Shown here one piece after another: positions 1 through 13,000 of a stretch of DNA of 64,000 nucleotides. Both the position numbers and the translations under genes were made by a program. This DNA is from Ascidiella aspersa. Lineage: Eukaryota. Every line of letters begins with the position of its first letter. Positions within the stretch are counted from its first letter, which is position 1. The notes beneath the pieces are model-generated. The model was not told where the DNA came from. It saw only the letters and a program-made list of their open reading frames with translations, and ran no database searches. The stretch is taken from the NCBI GenBank assembly GCA_963924565.1, contig OZ004615.1, forward strand, positions 372,001 to 436,000, in the 5' to 3' direction.

Positions 1-107
1 GTTAGGGTGCGGGTTAGCGTTTGGGTGAGGGTGGGTCAAGTAATATTATGTTTATTAGTAATAATAACTTGACCCACCCTCAACCAAACGCTAACCCACA
101 CCCTAAC
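1..107. repeat. Inverted repeat with 41-bp G-rich/C-rich arms (1-41 and 67-107), probably truncated by the window edge
   Basis: Arm 1-41 (gttagggtgcgggttagcgtttgggtgagggtgggtcaagt) matches the reverse complement of 67-107 at 39 of 41 positions, around a 25-nt AT-rich loop. Confidence 0.9.
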
Positions 108-344
108 CCAAACAATATGTGTTGTGGTATGCGGCATTTGAAGAAAAATTTTTTTATTAATTTTTACGTACAATAGTAAAAGAGCGCCAAAGTTATTGCC
201 CAGCCGTTTACCAAACTTAAATCGAAATTCGAAATACTTGCTTTAGCAATAAATAGTATCGTAATTTTGCAGATCCGGTTACAATATTAGTGCGAATTTC
301 GAAGTTCGGTAAACGGGCGAGCCGGGCAAATAGCATTTCCTTAC

Positions 345-461
345 CAAATTACTCAGGGCCTGTTTAATGATCTTTTTCGATGTTTCTTCGGCTTCGAGCT
401 TTTTGTGAAGCGATTTGATGCGGATTTCGTTGGAATGAACTTTCTTGTTTCGTTCCTTCAT
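345..461 (-). CDS. Probable first coding exon of a minus-strand gene that runs off the left edge; charged, coiled-coil-like peptide
   Basis: ATG at 461, 39 open codons (MKERNKKVHSNEIRIKSLHKKLEAEETSKKIIKQALSNL), then a phase-0 donor TTG|GTAAGG. A YY1-like motif lies about 130 bp upstream. Confidence 0.55.
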
Positions 462-534
462 ATTGCAGTTTATTATACTTTACTTTAAGGCGAAAAAATT
501 TCCTTAAAAACTTAATTTTTCGCCAAAACAAAAT

Positions 535-602
535 ATACTGCACGCGTGAAACCCATTCGAGCGGAAAATTTTAAAATGATTTGTGTTTGGCCGCCATTTT
601 GT
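535..602. promoter_or_regulatory. Housekeeping-type promoter elements including a YY1-like motif
   Basis: GGCCGCCATTTT at 589-600 (AAAATGGCGGCC on the minus strand) and CACGCGTG at 541-548, just upstream of the minus-strand ATG. Confidence 0.45.
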
Positions 603-3600
603 GTCTTTAATTTTAAGTTTATTTTTGTGTGAAGTTTAATTTATTTTTCAAGGAACGTATGGAAAACAGAAATTTCTGTGAGGCCAAGACGAAATCTGAA
701 ATATAAATAATACAAAGTGTAATTCCTTTCAAATATTTTAGTTCAGACAAGCTAATAAGAGTAATATGTTGAGGGCGTCATAAAAGGGTAGTTTATTCAA
801 TAAAATAGTCTATTATCAAGGCTGCTTAAAAAGTTTATCGAAAAAAAGCAGTGGGCCTTATTTAATTGTTTGACAAGCCGTAGTTTGTCCAGGTCTGTTT
901 ATGGTGTTAGTTCTCAACTGAGACGGTTCATAAGGAATCACTTTAATTTTTAAAATTTAAAGGTTCAAAAATTATATAAACCAGTAATTTATCATAATTT
1001 TCATTATTTTAAGAAAGGAAAATAACTGGCCAGTAGAAGAAGTTTGAGAACAAGCTTCTAGCCTTCTATAATCAAGTTTCTTACCTTTTGTTACGCCAAG
1101 TTTACGTAAAAGTATACCCGTGGAGTTCTAAACACGTGGTGGCGCAGTAGACACCCAAAGTGAGCGCGAATTTATTTGGGTATTCCCCAATCCCGGTATT
1201 TCTTTGAATTTCTTGCCAGTTTTTATTGCATAGGCCTCACTGATGTATTATCTTTAAAGTAGGCCTACTATCTGGACTCAATGAGCTAAGCCGAAAAAGT
1301 AAATAACATAATATTTTTCTTTGGCTGGCCTGGAAAATTTAATGGCGCACCGGTCTAGGTCAAAGTTTAGGTCGTTACAATTTAAGTGGCGGTGATGTTC
1401 ACTTGGTCGATATAACACCTTCTAAAACACTGTAGCATTTAAAGTGGGCTAATGTTAGTTTGCTGTTAAATAAACTCCGATTAACTGTGTATATTTCAAC
1501 AGGTAAGACATGACCACCGTGCTATCTGAACGATGCTAAAACAAACTGTCATTGTAATTTAAAGTGCACACTGTCAGGTCGCCTATAGATTTATTGTCCA
1601 TTTACATAATTTAGCGTAGCTCCGCTTATAATAAAACAACTTACAGCAAAACCACGTCTTGTATGGCGCGCATATCGTTTTGTCTAGTTCTGTTTCCCCA
1701 GTAACCGGGTCAAACTTTGTAGCTAAACAGGTAAATAAATCATGTCATTCAAAATTAACAAAATGTATTTTTAAAACACTGAACGATATTTTAGGCGATA
1801 ACTGAATCGCATCAAACGCTTAACGAAAATCAGGTGGCAGTTTTGCGACTGAAGAAAACCTTTTGTCGTGACACTAATTACAACGAAGAACAAACGGTTT
1901 TAAGGAACAACACGTAATGAATCAATATTGGACACTAGAAAGAATTTACATCAAAATTTACGAGAAGCTAACAAATAGTCATAAAGTGAGAGATTCACAT
2001 AAAATTAAACCGAGATGCGCGATGAAACACAAGACGACCTCGGATTGAGATAATTAGCAAAGTTGACTACGACAAAAGCACTTTTGCATTTACGTGGTTT
2101 AAAGGCGACTGGCGACGTATTACGCAACTGTTCCTAAAACCTTTCAAGCGGCTTACGGGAAAACCCTCCAACTGTGCTGAAATGCCAGGCTTCACAGAAA
2201 ATTACAAGTAACAGCAAAACTGAGATAATTACCGTGTTACCGTGCCTGGATATATATATATATTGCAAGAGAACGCTGGAAGTGCTTATTGGATCCACGA
2301 GCCAATTTCGATCAACACTTTCCAAGGTTTGAAACAACACTTGTAAAGCTGGAATGCTGCTTCCACGAAGATGGTTATCCGACAGAAAGGCAATTTAAAA
2401 TGTGGCAAGCAGGTGAAACTAATAAGGGAGGCGCCCGGACGTCGTTAAATTGAAACGACGCACTCACGCACGTTTTAACGAGGTTAACACGCTTAGTCAC
2501 GCAACCACCTTGATGAGGTCAAATATAGTTCATTTAAAGTCATTTTAGATAAATGTTAGAGCAAGTTGCACAAAAATCAAACTCTCTGTTGCTATGCAAT
2601 ATTTCAACATCATGTCGGTAACCAGGTTTGGAGGTTAAATATATGACCTTGAAGCGTTCTTCAACACAATATATGACCCTGGATCGTAATGAATACAGAG
2701 GTGTCAAGATTGGCACAAAAATGGGTTTGGCAATGTTTAATTGCAAACCTTGAAAATCAAAAGGCTGGATGAGCTTTTTAAATGTCGCAAAAATACAAAA
2801 CTGCTTCTATAACTTCAATAACAATATCAAGTCTATAATATTTCGAAAAAATCGCCATTTTGTTGTTCACAAACGTTTCGGCATTACCTCATGCGATCGT
2901 TACCTCATGCAGTAAAAACACAAGTGAAGATAGAAGCGATAAAACACAATAAAATGACAAAAACTATAAAGGGAAATATTTTGCCGAAACGTTTGTTAAG
3001 AGCAAAATGTCCATATTAGTAAATATTACGGCTATATAAAACCTGTATATTGCGTGAAAGCTTATGTAATATTTCCAGGTTTACATAATTTGTTTCTAAC
3101 GGCGGCCAATTTACATAATGAAGGTGTTTTAATGTAAACCTTGTCATTAGCTTCAAGGAAGTGATTAGTTTTCGTTTTAATTAGTTTTATAACGCAATAA
3201 AGACTTCATAACAGGAAAGCAAATGCGCCGTAATTCATGAATAGTTGATTCGCAGGAGCCTACATCCAACATTGAAAGCTCACAAAAGCTGTTTGTCGTT
3301 TTAAGCGAATTGAACCGGGCAATAAAACGACGTGTCAATGTTAGTGGCTTAAGTTTGTGTCCAATTTGGCAAATTGCGAGCACTTTTAGCTCTTCTAAAG
3401 CAAGGCTAATCATTTCTTTGATGTTATGCCAAAGGGTTGTTGAAAATTATTATTTTTTTAAAATACTTCTAGGACGACGAATTGTTCTTTCGCACAAAAG
3501 TGATTCATCGGGTTAAGGTGGAAATAAATAAAATTAAAAATACAAAGTAAAGCTACGCTCCTCTATTTAACAGTAACACCTGGTTTCCGGATTTAAAAAT

Positions 3601-5780
3601 AAGACAAATACAGCAATCAACAAAGATTTTGTCAAAATGTAAATGTTAATATAAACACATTACCATTCTTGCAATTTACTAGTTCTTTCGCCGCAGAAAA
3701 TACATTCAAAATATTGGTTTACGATAATAATTCACGGCAAAAAACGTAAAACGAGCATAAGACTACCAGAAATATTTTAGCAAAACCATATATGGTTGAA
3801 ATTGTCCGATTCCGCACAAAACAGCATCCCTAATTAGTAAAATAGATAAAGTTGAAACCCGCAATATTGTTGACCGGGTCGTTAAGCCAAAATCTGCAAA
3901 AAGTAAGCAAAACGCCTTTTAAATGACATATTGTCGCAAATTAAATTTTTTACGTGCATTTCAAAAATCGGCCGTAGGAAAGTAACGACGACAGAATACA
4001 AGACTGGGAAATGCAATTTCACACAGTGTGGGACATTTTTCCGACGTGATTTGGCGAAATTAATCTATGTTACGGCTGAAAGTCTTTAGACTTGGGAGTT
4101 TAATTGTCTTCCATTGCAATTGTGATAATACTATTTCTATAAAAACTATTTTAAAAGTGGAAACGCTGGGTTTAATTGGGAAGAGGCAAGTATTATTGTT
4201 ATATCACATGCTTAGCTGCTGCTGTAGACCCCCGATTAAATACGTTCGATCCTGGTGTCGAATGGACTGACAATTGGCTGCGGATGAATAATTAAGGCGG
4301 CGGAGGGACGCGCGCGTTCGACAAATAAGGGATGTTCATAGCTGTGCATTGAAAGAAGACGAATATCGAGAAAATTAGGCGAAAAAAGCGAAAGTGTAGC
4401 TCGCAGAAAAACCTTGTAATGCGGCTAATTCGCTGCTGGGAGTTTTCACAAGTTTAAGTGGAGATGACATTCACATCTTAACATCTGCAGTTGGAAGGAG
4501 GTTGTAGTTTATTGGATCAATAGGTTGCGTTGCAAAAAAAGAAGAGTTGAAAATAAGTTATTTTGCATACTATGTTGCGTTAAGTCAGAATGGCTGGAAA
4601 ATCTAAACTAAAACGTTTCTCAATTAATGCAAAAAGTTTCATTGCAGTTAGGCGTTATGTTAAGATTTGTTCATTCGCTGCATTAAGTTCAATTGGGTGG
4701 AACCATAAATGAAGCTTTGAACCCATTTCAAAATTGCAGTAGATTGAAAGTTGCAATAGTCAATCCCCTAAAATGCTAAATTTTTGTTTATATTGTTGAA
4801 AAGTTAATTGCGTTGCAAAAGAGTTAAAAATAAACTTTAGTCAAAGTCAATTTATTCGTTTTGCTTTAAAGTATTATAATTATTATTTTAATAAAATGTT
4901 TTTAAACTTTTTGGAGTTTTTTACAAAATATAATTTTTGCAGAAAATGCAAATAAATTGAGCAGAAGGCGTTTAAACTGGCTATAAATGTTGTAAGCCTT
5001 TTAAACGTGCAGAGTAGCACTTGATAGTGGCGCTCAACTGTTTAATATTAATCAGCATATATCGAGCAATAATACAAGTTTTGCGAAGTTTATATTCGGT
5101 CATTACATCTTTAGAAGTTAATCTATCGAATAACGCCGATAATTTTGACGATAATGTTAAACTCGTTAAATAAAAATTCGTGGAAATATCACATCACTGT
5201 AAATTAACAACGATGGATAGTCTCTGTTTAACAATGTGAAATTTAATTTTAAAAGCAAACTTTAATTTGACAAAATTAGAAACAAAATGTATAGCAAATT
5301 ATTGCTGAGCATACAGGCAAGAGTATTTACGAGAAAAAACGCGTATTACTTTATTTGAAATGCTTATTTACTTATCTCTCGTGCGTAAGTTGGATATGCG
5401 TAGATACTATCGGGTGGATAACATGATACCAGGCGATGGTATCGGAACTACTTCGCTGAATTGTGGTTGTAAATATGATATAAAGCAATATATCTTATCC
5501 CGGGGCATATTGACCTAATAGAGATAAAACGGAATTTAACATGAAATTTTAACATAAAATTTCATTTTATCCACGATCGTCCGTCCTTATAGATGCACGG
5601 CCCTTGGTTTAAAAATAGGATCAACAAAAACATTATTGAAAATGGGTCATGACACCAACCAGTAAACAGGAATACAAGTAGGGATGGATGTAGCGACTTT
5701 TTTGACGGCAAACTTTCAAGGATTGGTGTCCCCTGCTAATTATATTTAACGAAAAAAGTTTTGACAAACGTGAGCAAATT

Positions 5781-5950
5781 TAGAATGAATATAAAAGCCC
5801 CATAAAGACGTTTCGAATGATTCTTTATTTATTTTAGACATCGGAATAAAAAAAAATTAGAAACGTTCAAAATGCCACTTACTTCTGCATAGGCTTTGAT
5901 ATTTATTCTACGTTAAACTAAAACCTCCAAACATTATGTATGCTCCAAAG
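5781..5950. repeat. Dispersed ~110-bp repeat family (Rep-A), inverted pair
   Basis: Matches the consensus ggagcataatggttggaggttgtagttagacgtagaatgaatatcaaagcctatacagaagtaggtggcattttgaacgtttcgaataa; forward fragment 5781-5830 and reverse copy 5855-5950. Confidence 0.75.
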
Positions 5951-6875
5951 CAAACATGTTTGTTTCGGAAAGATTTATTTGTTGCCTAGGTTATTTTGTT
6001 TATACTACACCCTCAATATATATTATTCTAAGCGTGGTATGATATCATTAAACCTCCTTTAAAATGCAAGTTTGAACAACTTTCGTCGAAATCGAATGCG
6101 TTCTATAAAAAATACAAAAACAAATTTACTCAAATCCAACGAATCTTCAGAATCCTTGATAAAGTTAAAAGTTTAACACTTTAAAGATTATGCCAGCCCT
6201 ATCTACCCGGGTCCACGATGAAAGATTAATGCTAGGAATTGTCACGCAAAATGACAAATGGCTCGGCTGAATTTGAACAAATTGCAAGTGGGATTATTGT
6301 GTTTTCAAATTTGGCGTCAAATTATCTGTAGAAACAAAAATGTTGGGACAGAATTTGAGCATCGAATGTGGAGTATTTCACCTGAAATTAACAATAATCT
6401 ACGAAATCAGGAGTTTTTTTATTCTACTTTTGAGCAGTTTGTTGGTTGAATGTTTGTCTTTTAACATGTTTAACTTTAGACCATGTTAAAGCCAAAAAAT
6501 ACCAACAAAATTAAAAACATCAAACAAAAAAAAAATGTAAAGCGCCAATGTTGGCTCTTTTTGACGCCGCCCAAGACACATAAGACCTTATTAGTAAATT
6601 CGTCTGGAGAGTGGGGATTATCAATAAGGAGAAAAGTATGTTTAAAACAAGCGCCAACCACTGCTCTTTGTGTAGGTTTTGGGTGCTTTCCAACAAAACG
6701 CCTTCTAAAAACAAAACAGGGGAACGAGCCCCATAAGAACTAACGAGAGACTCTTCCTCGCAGACTCAAGCCGCAAGCCCAATTAAATATTAAAGCTAGC
6801 GAGCTGGGAACGCGAAAGGAACCAGGATTCCAGAGTTCCCGAAAAAAGGCCGACGGTCTTACAGCAGCTGTAGTA

Positions 6876-7024
6876 ATGATAGCGAGGGCAGAGGACAAGG
6901 GGCGCATCATTAGCGCGATGTTTTGGCTGCTAGCAACACTCGCCCTACTTGGAGCCGAGGGACTCAAAACTGTGCGAGCTTGCCCTCAGAGCACTGGAGC
7001 TTGCAAATGTAACGCTGCTGAAAG
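6876..7024 (+). CDS. LRR-Ig coding exon 1: signal peptide and start of LRRNT
   Basis: MFWLLATLALLGAEGLKTVRACPQSTGACKC; in-frame ATGs at 6876 and 6918; donor AAG|GTTTGT, phase 2. Confidence 0.8.
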
Positions 7025-10000
7025 GTTTGTGAAATTAATTGTTTGTTATGCTCGGCAGTGTTTTTTAAAAAGGGTTTCATAAAATAGAACACAAGTGTTT
7101 TTTTTTGCGGTAGATTTTAATTTAAATGTGTTGACGTTTCGGCAGCAGATACCAGCTGACCTCATTAAATAATTTTTTTCACTTTTTCACAAATCTATTA
7201 AGTTGTATTATTTGACGTCAATCATGTTTACTTAGGTTATAATTTGGTCAAACTCTTTTAAACAAACTATTTGTGTTCTATGTTGTTGATCTGTTTTTTG
7301 AACGTAGTGAAAGAAAACGGAAAACAAACAATCTGCTGACACTGATGACAAATTACGTATTTTTACTTTGGCCTGATAAAGCGGTTGTGCAAAAATTTGT
7401 CAATGTTTTAAAACTATTTTTCGAAGGTGCCGCTTGTTTTTATTTTTTGATTGAGGCAAAATACGGCTACAACCAAGAAAAATACTCAGTTATTTCTAAT
7501 TTATGTTTATATTTTAACAAAACGTGGTTATTTCTTTAAACGTTTAAAGTAAGTTACAAAAATAAGATACAGATTAACATTTAACACAAAATTAATTACA
7601 ATCTGCAAAATAAAATTATGGAAGACAAATTTTAATAAAACGATAAAAAGTTTAATTTTAATTTTGGCCTTTTATCGTTTGACCTGACAATATAAATCTG
7701 GAAAAATGTAAAGTAGTATATTTGTTTAAAAATTAGTATATTATTTTAATGGCGTTATAGTTACATAATGTGTGCAAATTTTGCAGTTTATCCATTAAAA
7801 AAAGTGAGATTGATTGAGGCGCGCTTCGTCCTGCATTAAGTTTAATCTAAAGAATCCGTGTCAGTGTTTTTAGCTGAAGTGCCCCAAAAACCCACGTTGC
7901 GTTAAAATGGCGTCGCGTCAAATTTAAAGTTTAAATCGTCGCAATTTATTTGTCATTTTGTCAGAGAATCCATTTGCTTCTGTCAATTGCAGCCGCGCCT
8001 AAACTACGTATCTGCGTTGGGTTCTGAAATGTCGCTTTAAATGGAAGCGTTAAAAGTTACGCAAATCAATTTGTTACATATTTCCAAGTTGCAGTTGCCA
8101 TATATGAAAAATATTTTTTTTAATTTTTCACCAACTTGTTTCTTTTAATCGTGGCCTGGCAATTATTTTAATAATATTAGCGGGATTATAAACGATGTGT
8201 TGAAAACCTGTTTAAATCAAAAAAAATATTTCAGGTATAAATGCTTTTAAACAGTTGCGAACTATGTTCGGCAAAAGTAAGGTGACATAAAATTATTTCA
8301 AACTACAAGCTTGTTTTTTAGCTAATATTATTTTTATATTGCGCGAAATAGCGGCATTAAATTAACAAACACGCCAAGTGTATATTTTAACATTTTCTAC
8401 ACAGGACTTTACAATAATAATCTATTGAGTTACAAGATCATTTATAAGGCGTCAGTATGAACAACGCTTAAGATGTGGCACATGAGGCGAAACTGCGAAG
8501 TGCAGAGATGTTAATTTCCATCTCCCAACCCGCACCATGCAGTATATATGGGCGCGACGAATTACCGGCATATTGCAGTTGCTTGCTTCATCACTTATTC
8601 ATACAAGGCCAAGCGGGCCGAGCGATAAGCAGACCAAGTCCCCATTATTTCGCTACAAAAACTTACCGATGCCATGCTAAAAATGTGACGTCACGAGTAT
8701 GTGTGACGTCAAAAGTGGAGGACGACACGAGTTTACGTCATACCTAAATAGCACACCGTTTGTTTTCGGAGGAAAACAAGTATGGCATTAATAAGTAAAA
8801 AACTATTTTTTTGGTTAATTTTAAATGTTATTAGTGATGTTGTTTAGTGTGGTCTCTTTCATAAAGTCCTTATATATAAGCCTAAGTTTCAAAATTAGGA
8901 AGTACTTTTCGTTTTGTGGTGTAAAACTATAACAAAATTAATAAATTACTCTCTCGGTTGTAATGTTGTTTAAAATGTCATTCACGTGGAAAGGTGTTTA
9001 TGTCTTGCGGGAAACCTAATAGCTCTAAAACGTGCTTTGCTCCAAATTAAACTTTAAGGATGTTTTAACTCTGGCTCTTTTCACTTTATAGGTGGAAAGG
9101 GCCGTTTAATATAGCATATAAACGGTCAAGGATAGGAAAACTATTAAATGTGACTTTTTTAGCTCTGGCCATATTAAAATTCGGTTACGAACTGGCAAAA
9201 TTGCTAAATTTTCTGTTTAAAAAAAGAACCCGACTTATCCAAATTGCCAGGTAACCTATTATAAAAACATTAATTTGTGTTTTTTCCCTCTCTGACCTAT
9301 TAACATGCCATTATAAACAAATAAAAAAGCGAACAGACAGTTTAAACAGGAGCTGCATATTTTTAATGAGTAGTTAAACTAACCAATTTGAAAAAAAAAC
9401 GAATGTACAAGTTTTTAAACGGGTTTTTTAAACGGGGATGCCTATTAGTCAAAAATGTGAAAATCCTCTTTGAAAAGAACTTGTCCCTATTTAAAGTGGC
9501 CTAAGGTGTTAAAAATCACCAAGGTTTGTCTTAACATAAGCTTATGACTTACCGATGTGACGAGGTGAACTGTACAACCTCAATAAGGATCTTGTTTCAC
9601 CGGATTAAGCTAAAACCGCTTACCTTTTAGCTCAGTGACCTGCACCAGGCTCGTGAGTCTGACCCGGAAGTTGCCTGTTGGAATACCAACTAATACCAGG
9701 AAACTTAAAGTTAGCTTCACAACTTTGATGGTGAGCAGAAACTGGTTTAATATCGTGATAATGTACATTCTATATACATTGGGTTGAAAGTAGTTTAATG
9801 ATTTTTAAATTATTAGGGTTGTAAATGGTATTTATTTGTCCTAAACTATATATTTATTTTTCATTTGACGTTTCGGTAATACAAAGGTGTAATGATGAAA
9901 GTTATTTCCGCAACATCTTAAATGTTTTTCATTAAAATAATATATATCCTTATATGTATTAAAAGTTTTACAAAAAAATTAATTATAATCGTTGGCTTAT

Positions 10001-13000
10001 TGATTCAATTTATGTCGATATAGGCTCCTTCAAAAGTATTTTTACATAAATGTACAGAAAACTTACTTTTATGACTATACTCTCAATTAAATATAGTCAT
10101 AAAAATGTAAGCCTTCTACATATGCAATATTGGTACCATTGAAAATTAAAAAAAGGTCTCTTATTAAAGTGATCCAATAACACATTTCGGCAATTTAAAC
10201 TAAAAGAATCCAAAGTGTAGAGTCGGTTTAAAATCGTCTAAAAGATGAAAACTTCATGTCGCTGTATAAACACTTTGCTGCGCTGAGCTCATTAAAGATG
10301 GATGTTCGCAAGAAAAGGAAAATAAAAAGTGTGACATCAACTCATCGTCGGAACACTTTAAACTTTCATGAGTGGACGGAAAGTTTCGCGCTTCACTCTG
10401 TTGCGTCACAAACAAAAGTCGATTTTACACCTTTTAACCAAAAAATTGTTTTCATACTTGCAGTATATAATCCTTGCTTTACAAAACCTAATGCTTTAAA
10501 GCTTCATAACATGAAAGTCGCGGTGCATCTTAAAATAATGGCTTGAGAATGTGGTCAGACGTAGAATAATTGAAAGCTCATACAGTCAAGATTTATTATA
10601 AACGTTATAAAATCCTACTGCACAGGTTTGACACTTACTGTACAGCAGGGGTTCTCAAACTGGGGTCTATGGACCCCTTTGTGGTCCGTGAACTAGTTTC
10701 AGGGGGTCCATGAAGGCCTAATTCAAGAACTAGTGTATACAAAGAAAACACTTTAATTAAAAATTAAACGGTTTTGCACTGAATTTATAGTTCCATTTAA
10801 CTTTCACATTTTTTGGACCGAAATAAACAGAGTTATGAAGTCTATTTTCATTGAGACGTCATATTATGACATCATTTAGGAGCATTTCTTGCCTACCGGG
10901 GTCCATGCAAAGCAAAAAAAGGGTCCGCGGTAAAAAAAGTTTAAGAACCCCTGCTGTACAGGCATAAGTTTAGCTAAAATATGACCTATTCCGTCATTTC
11001 TCATTCATAAAAAATTCTACCGCATTTTTAAATTGCTGAAGGTGGTAAGTTGAACGGGATCCAAACTTGCGTTACGTAACTTCGACTTTTGTAAACTTGC
11101 AATTGAGTGAAGCAATTTGCCGACCACAGACACTTCCAAATCACAAACGACGACCTTAAATATGCAGCTTTGGGGAAAATTACTTCGCACTTATGTGCAA
11201 AACCCAGTGAATCATAGGGTGAATGAAATACTTGAAAATATCACGTGGAAAACAGAGTTAGTATGAGTGACTAATGTAGGATTGGACATTTTGTTTAAAA
11301 AAAATAAATAGCTTTTTTAATTAGTTGGAAAAAGTTAGCGAAGTTTATTTCTTGAATCAAGGTTTATTTTATTTACGCGTCTTTTAAAAGCAGAAATCTT
11401 CTGCAAATGAGTCAGAATCTATGAACACCCAACCAAGTGTTAATCCAGCAATATTTTGCTTAAACATATGAATGTTGAAGCACCTATTTAACTTTTACAA
11501 ACTGATGTGCGCTCAATTTTTGCACTGACTCTTATTGCACAAAATACTTAGCAAAGCAACCATTTACCACCTTTAGTGACAGACAACTAAGCGATAAAAC
11601 TATCAAAAACGTTTTTTTTTTGTTTTTTTAGGTAAAAAACACATTTCTAGCCAACCAATGGTGATTTGTTTAGCTTTAAAATATTGTTATTGTTAACGCA
11701 CAAGTAGCTCAACAATACACTTTATTACGTCACAGAGACTCGGTCCAGCAGCGTTCCGAAACTGTTACGCGTTGGAGGAAGTTGACCTCGGGTCAAACCG
11801 ACTCGAAGATATTTCGCCGAGGGCTTTCCAGAACCTGGACCACCTGGTGGCGCTGTCGCTCGCCAACAATAAGCTAAGGTGTGACGTAACAAGGGTCGAA
11901 ATTCGGGGAGGGTCCATTTAGATTGTTTTTTTTTTTTTTTTTTTATAATTTTGACTTAACTTATTTTTTTGTAATATTTTTGACTTGCAGTGAAATTTAA
12001 AAAAAAAAACGTCGTTTTGCATTTTTTGTGCTTTTCCACTTGTTAAAGTTTTGAGTCACCGCAATGGGAGGTTTGGCTTTATTTTTTTAAATGTTATTAT
12101 CCCCAGCCTCTTGGCTTCCGTTAAAATCATTTTTTTAACCCTAATTCATTTTTATTTTATTTTTAGCCTTATTTATACCCTTCCACCTAACCCTAACCGA
12201 CTCATTTTGCCTATATGTCATCCTTAAGGTCGTTTTTTGATATTTTTAAGACTATTAACTCATTTAAAGTTATTACTGCCAATAAATAAAACTAACTTTT
12301 CAACATTGATAAAGGTTTCTGACTGAAGACACCTTCGCTTATCTTGGCAACTTACGTTTTCTCGATCTTTCAAACAACATGATGGTGGTCCTCACCCCCC
12401 ACAACTTCGCGATGTTGCACAATCTCATGCATCTCGTGCTATTGCGCAATCCTGTCATGTGCATGGACCAAGGGGCTTTCGCTGGACTCGCCAACCTACA
12501 AAAATTAGAGGTCGGCTTGGTTGTGATTGTGCGATGTTTTGACAAATGGCAAAAGCAGGGCTGTGGAGTCGGTTAAAAATACACTCCAAAAAAAAAAAAA
12601 ATGAACCCAAGTCCAATTCCGGACAGATGTGCGATTTCGTTGAAACCGGAGTCAGAGTCTACAATCTGTATTTCACCCGTTTACGAGACTAAAATAGGAT
12701 GGAATCCACTCAAAATGGGTGTCATAAAATTTCTCCACTCACAATTCATGGTTGGAAAATATTCACCATATGCTATTCCACTTTTACAATTTAATGTTGG
12801 CGCCATATCAGTTTTAAAATTTGGTACTGCGCATGCGCACGTCGGACTCGGGACTCGAGTTTCTTACGTGGTCTTACTTGAGTCCCGAGCCCGCAGCCTA
12901 GGGTGAATGTAAACCGAAACAGTTTGTAACGGCTTTCCGGTAGAAAAATTAAGTATATCGTACCGTAAAAAAATCTATTCTTATTGCACTGAAATAAATT

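Noticed and set aside
1-110. Telomere or interstitial telomeric array
   Set aside because: Only one exact TTAGGG per arm, and the arrangement is an inverted repeat rather than a tandem array.
9701-9715. Donor AAA|GTTAGC as the end of LRR-Ig exon 2
   Set aside because: The later donor ATG|GTGAGC at 9730 is stronger and completes the LRR consensus (LKVSFTTLM-RLGPAAF).
11160-11225. Possible extra LRR-Ig exon between tatgcag and gtgaat
   Set aside because: No LRR pattern, and exons 2 and 3 already join in frame with correct repeat spacing.
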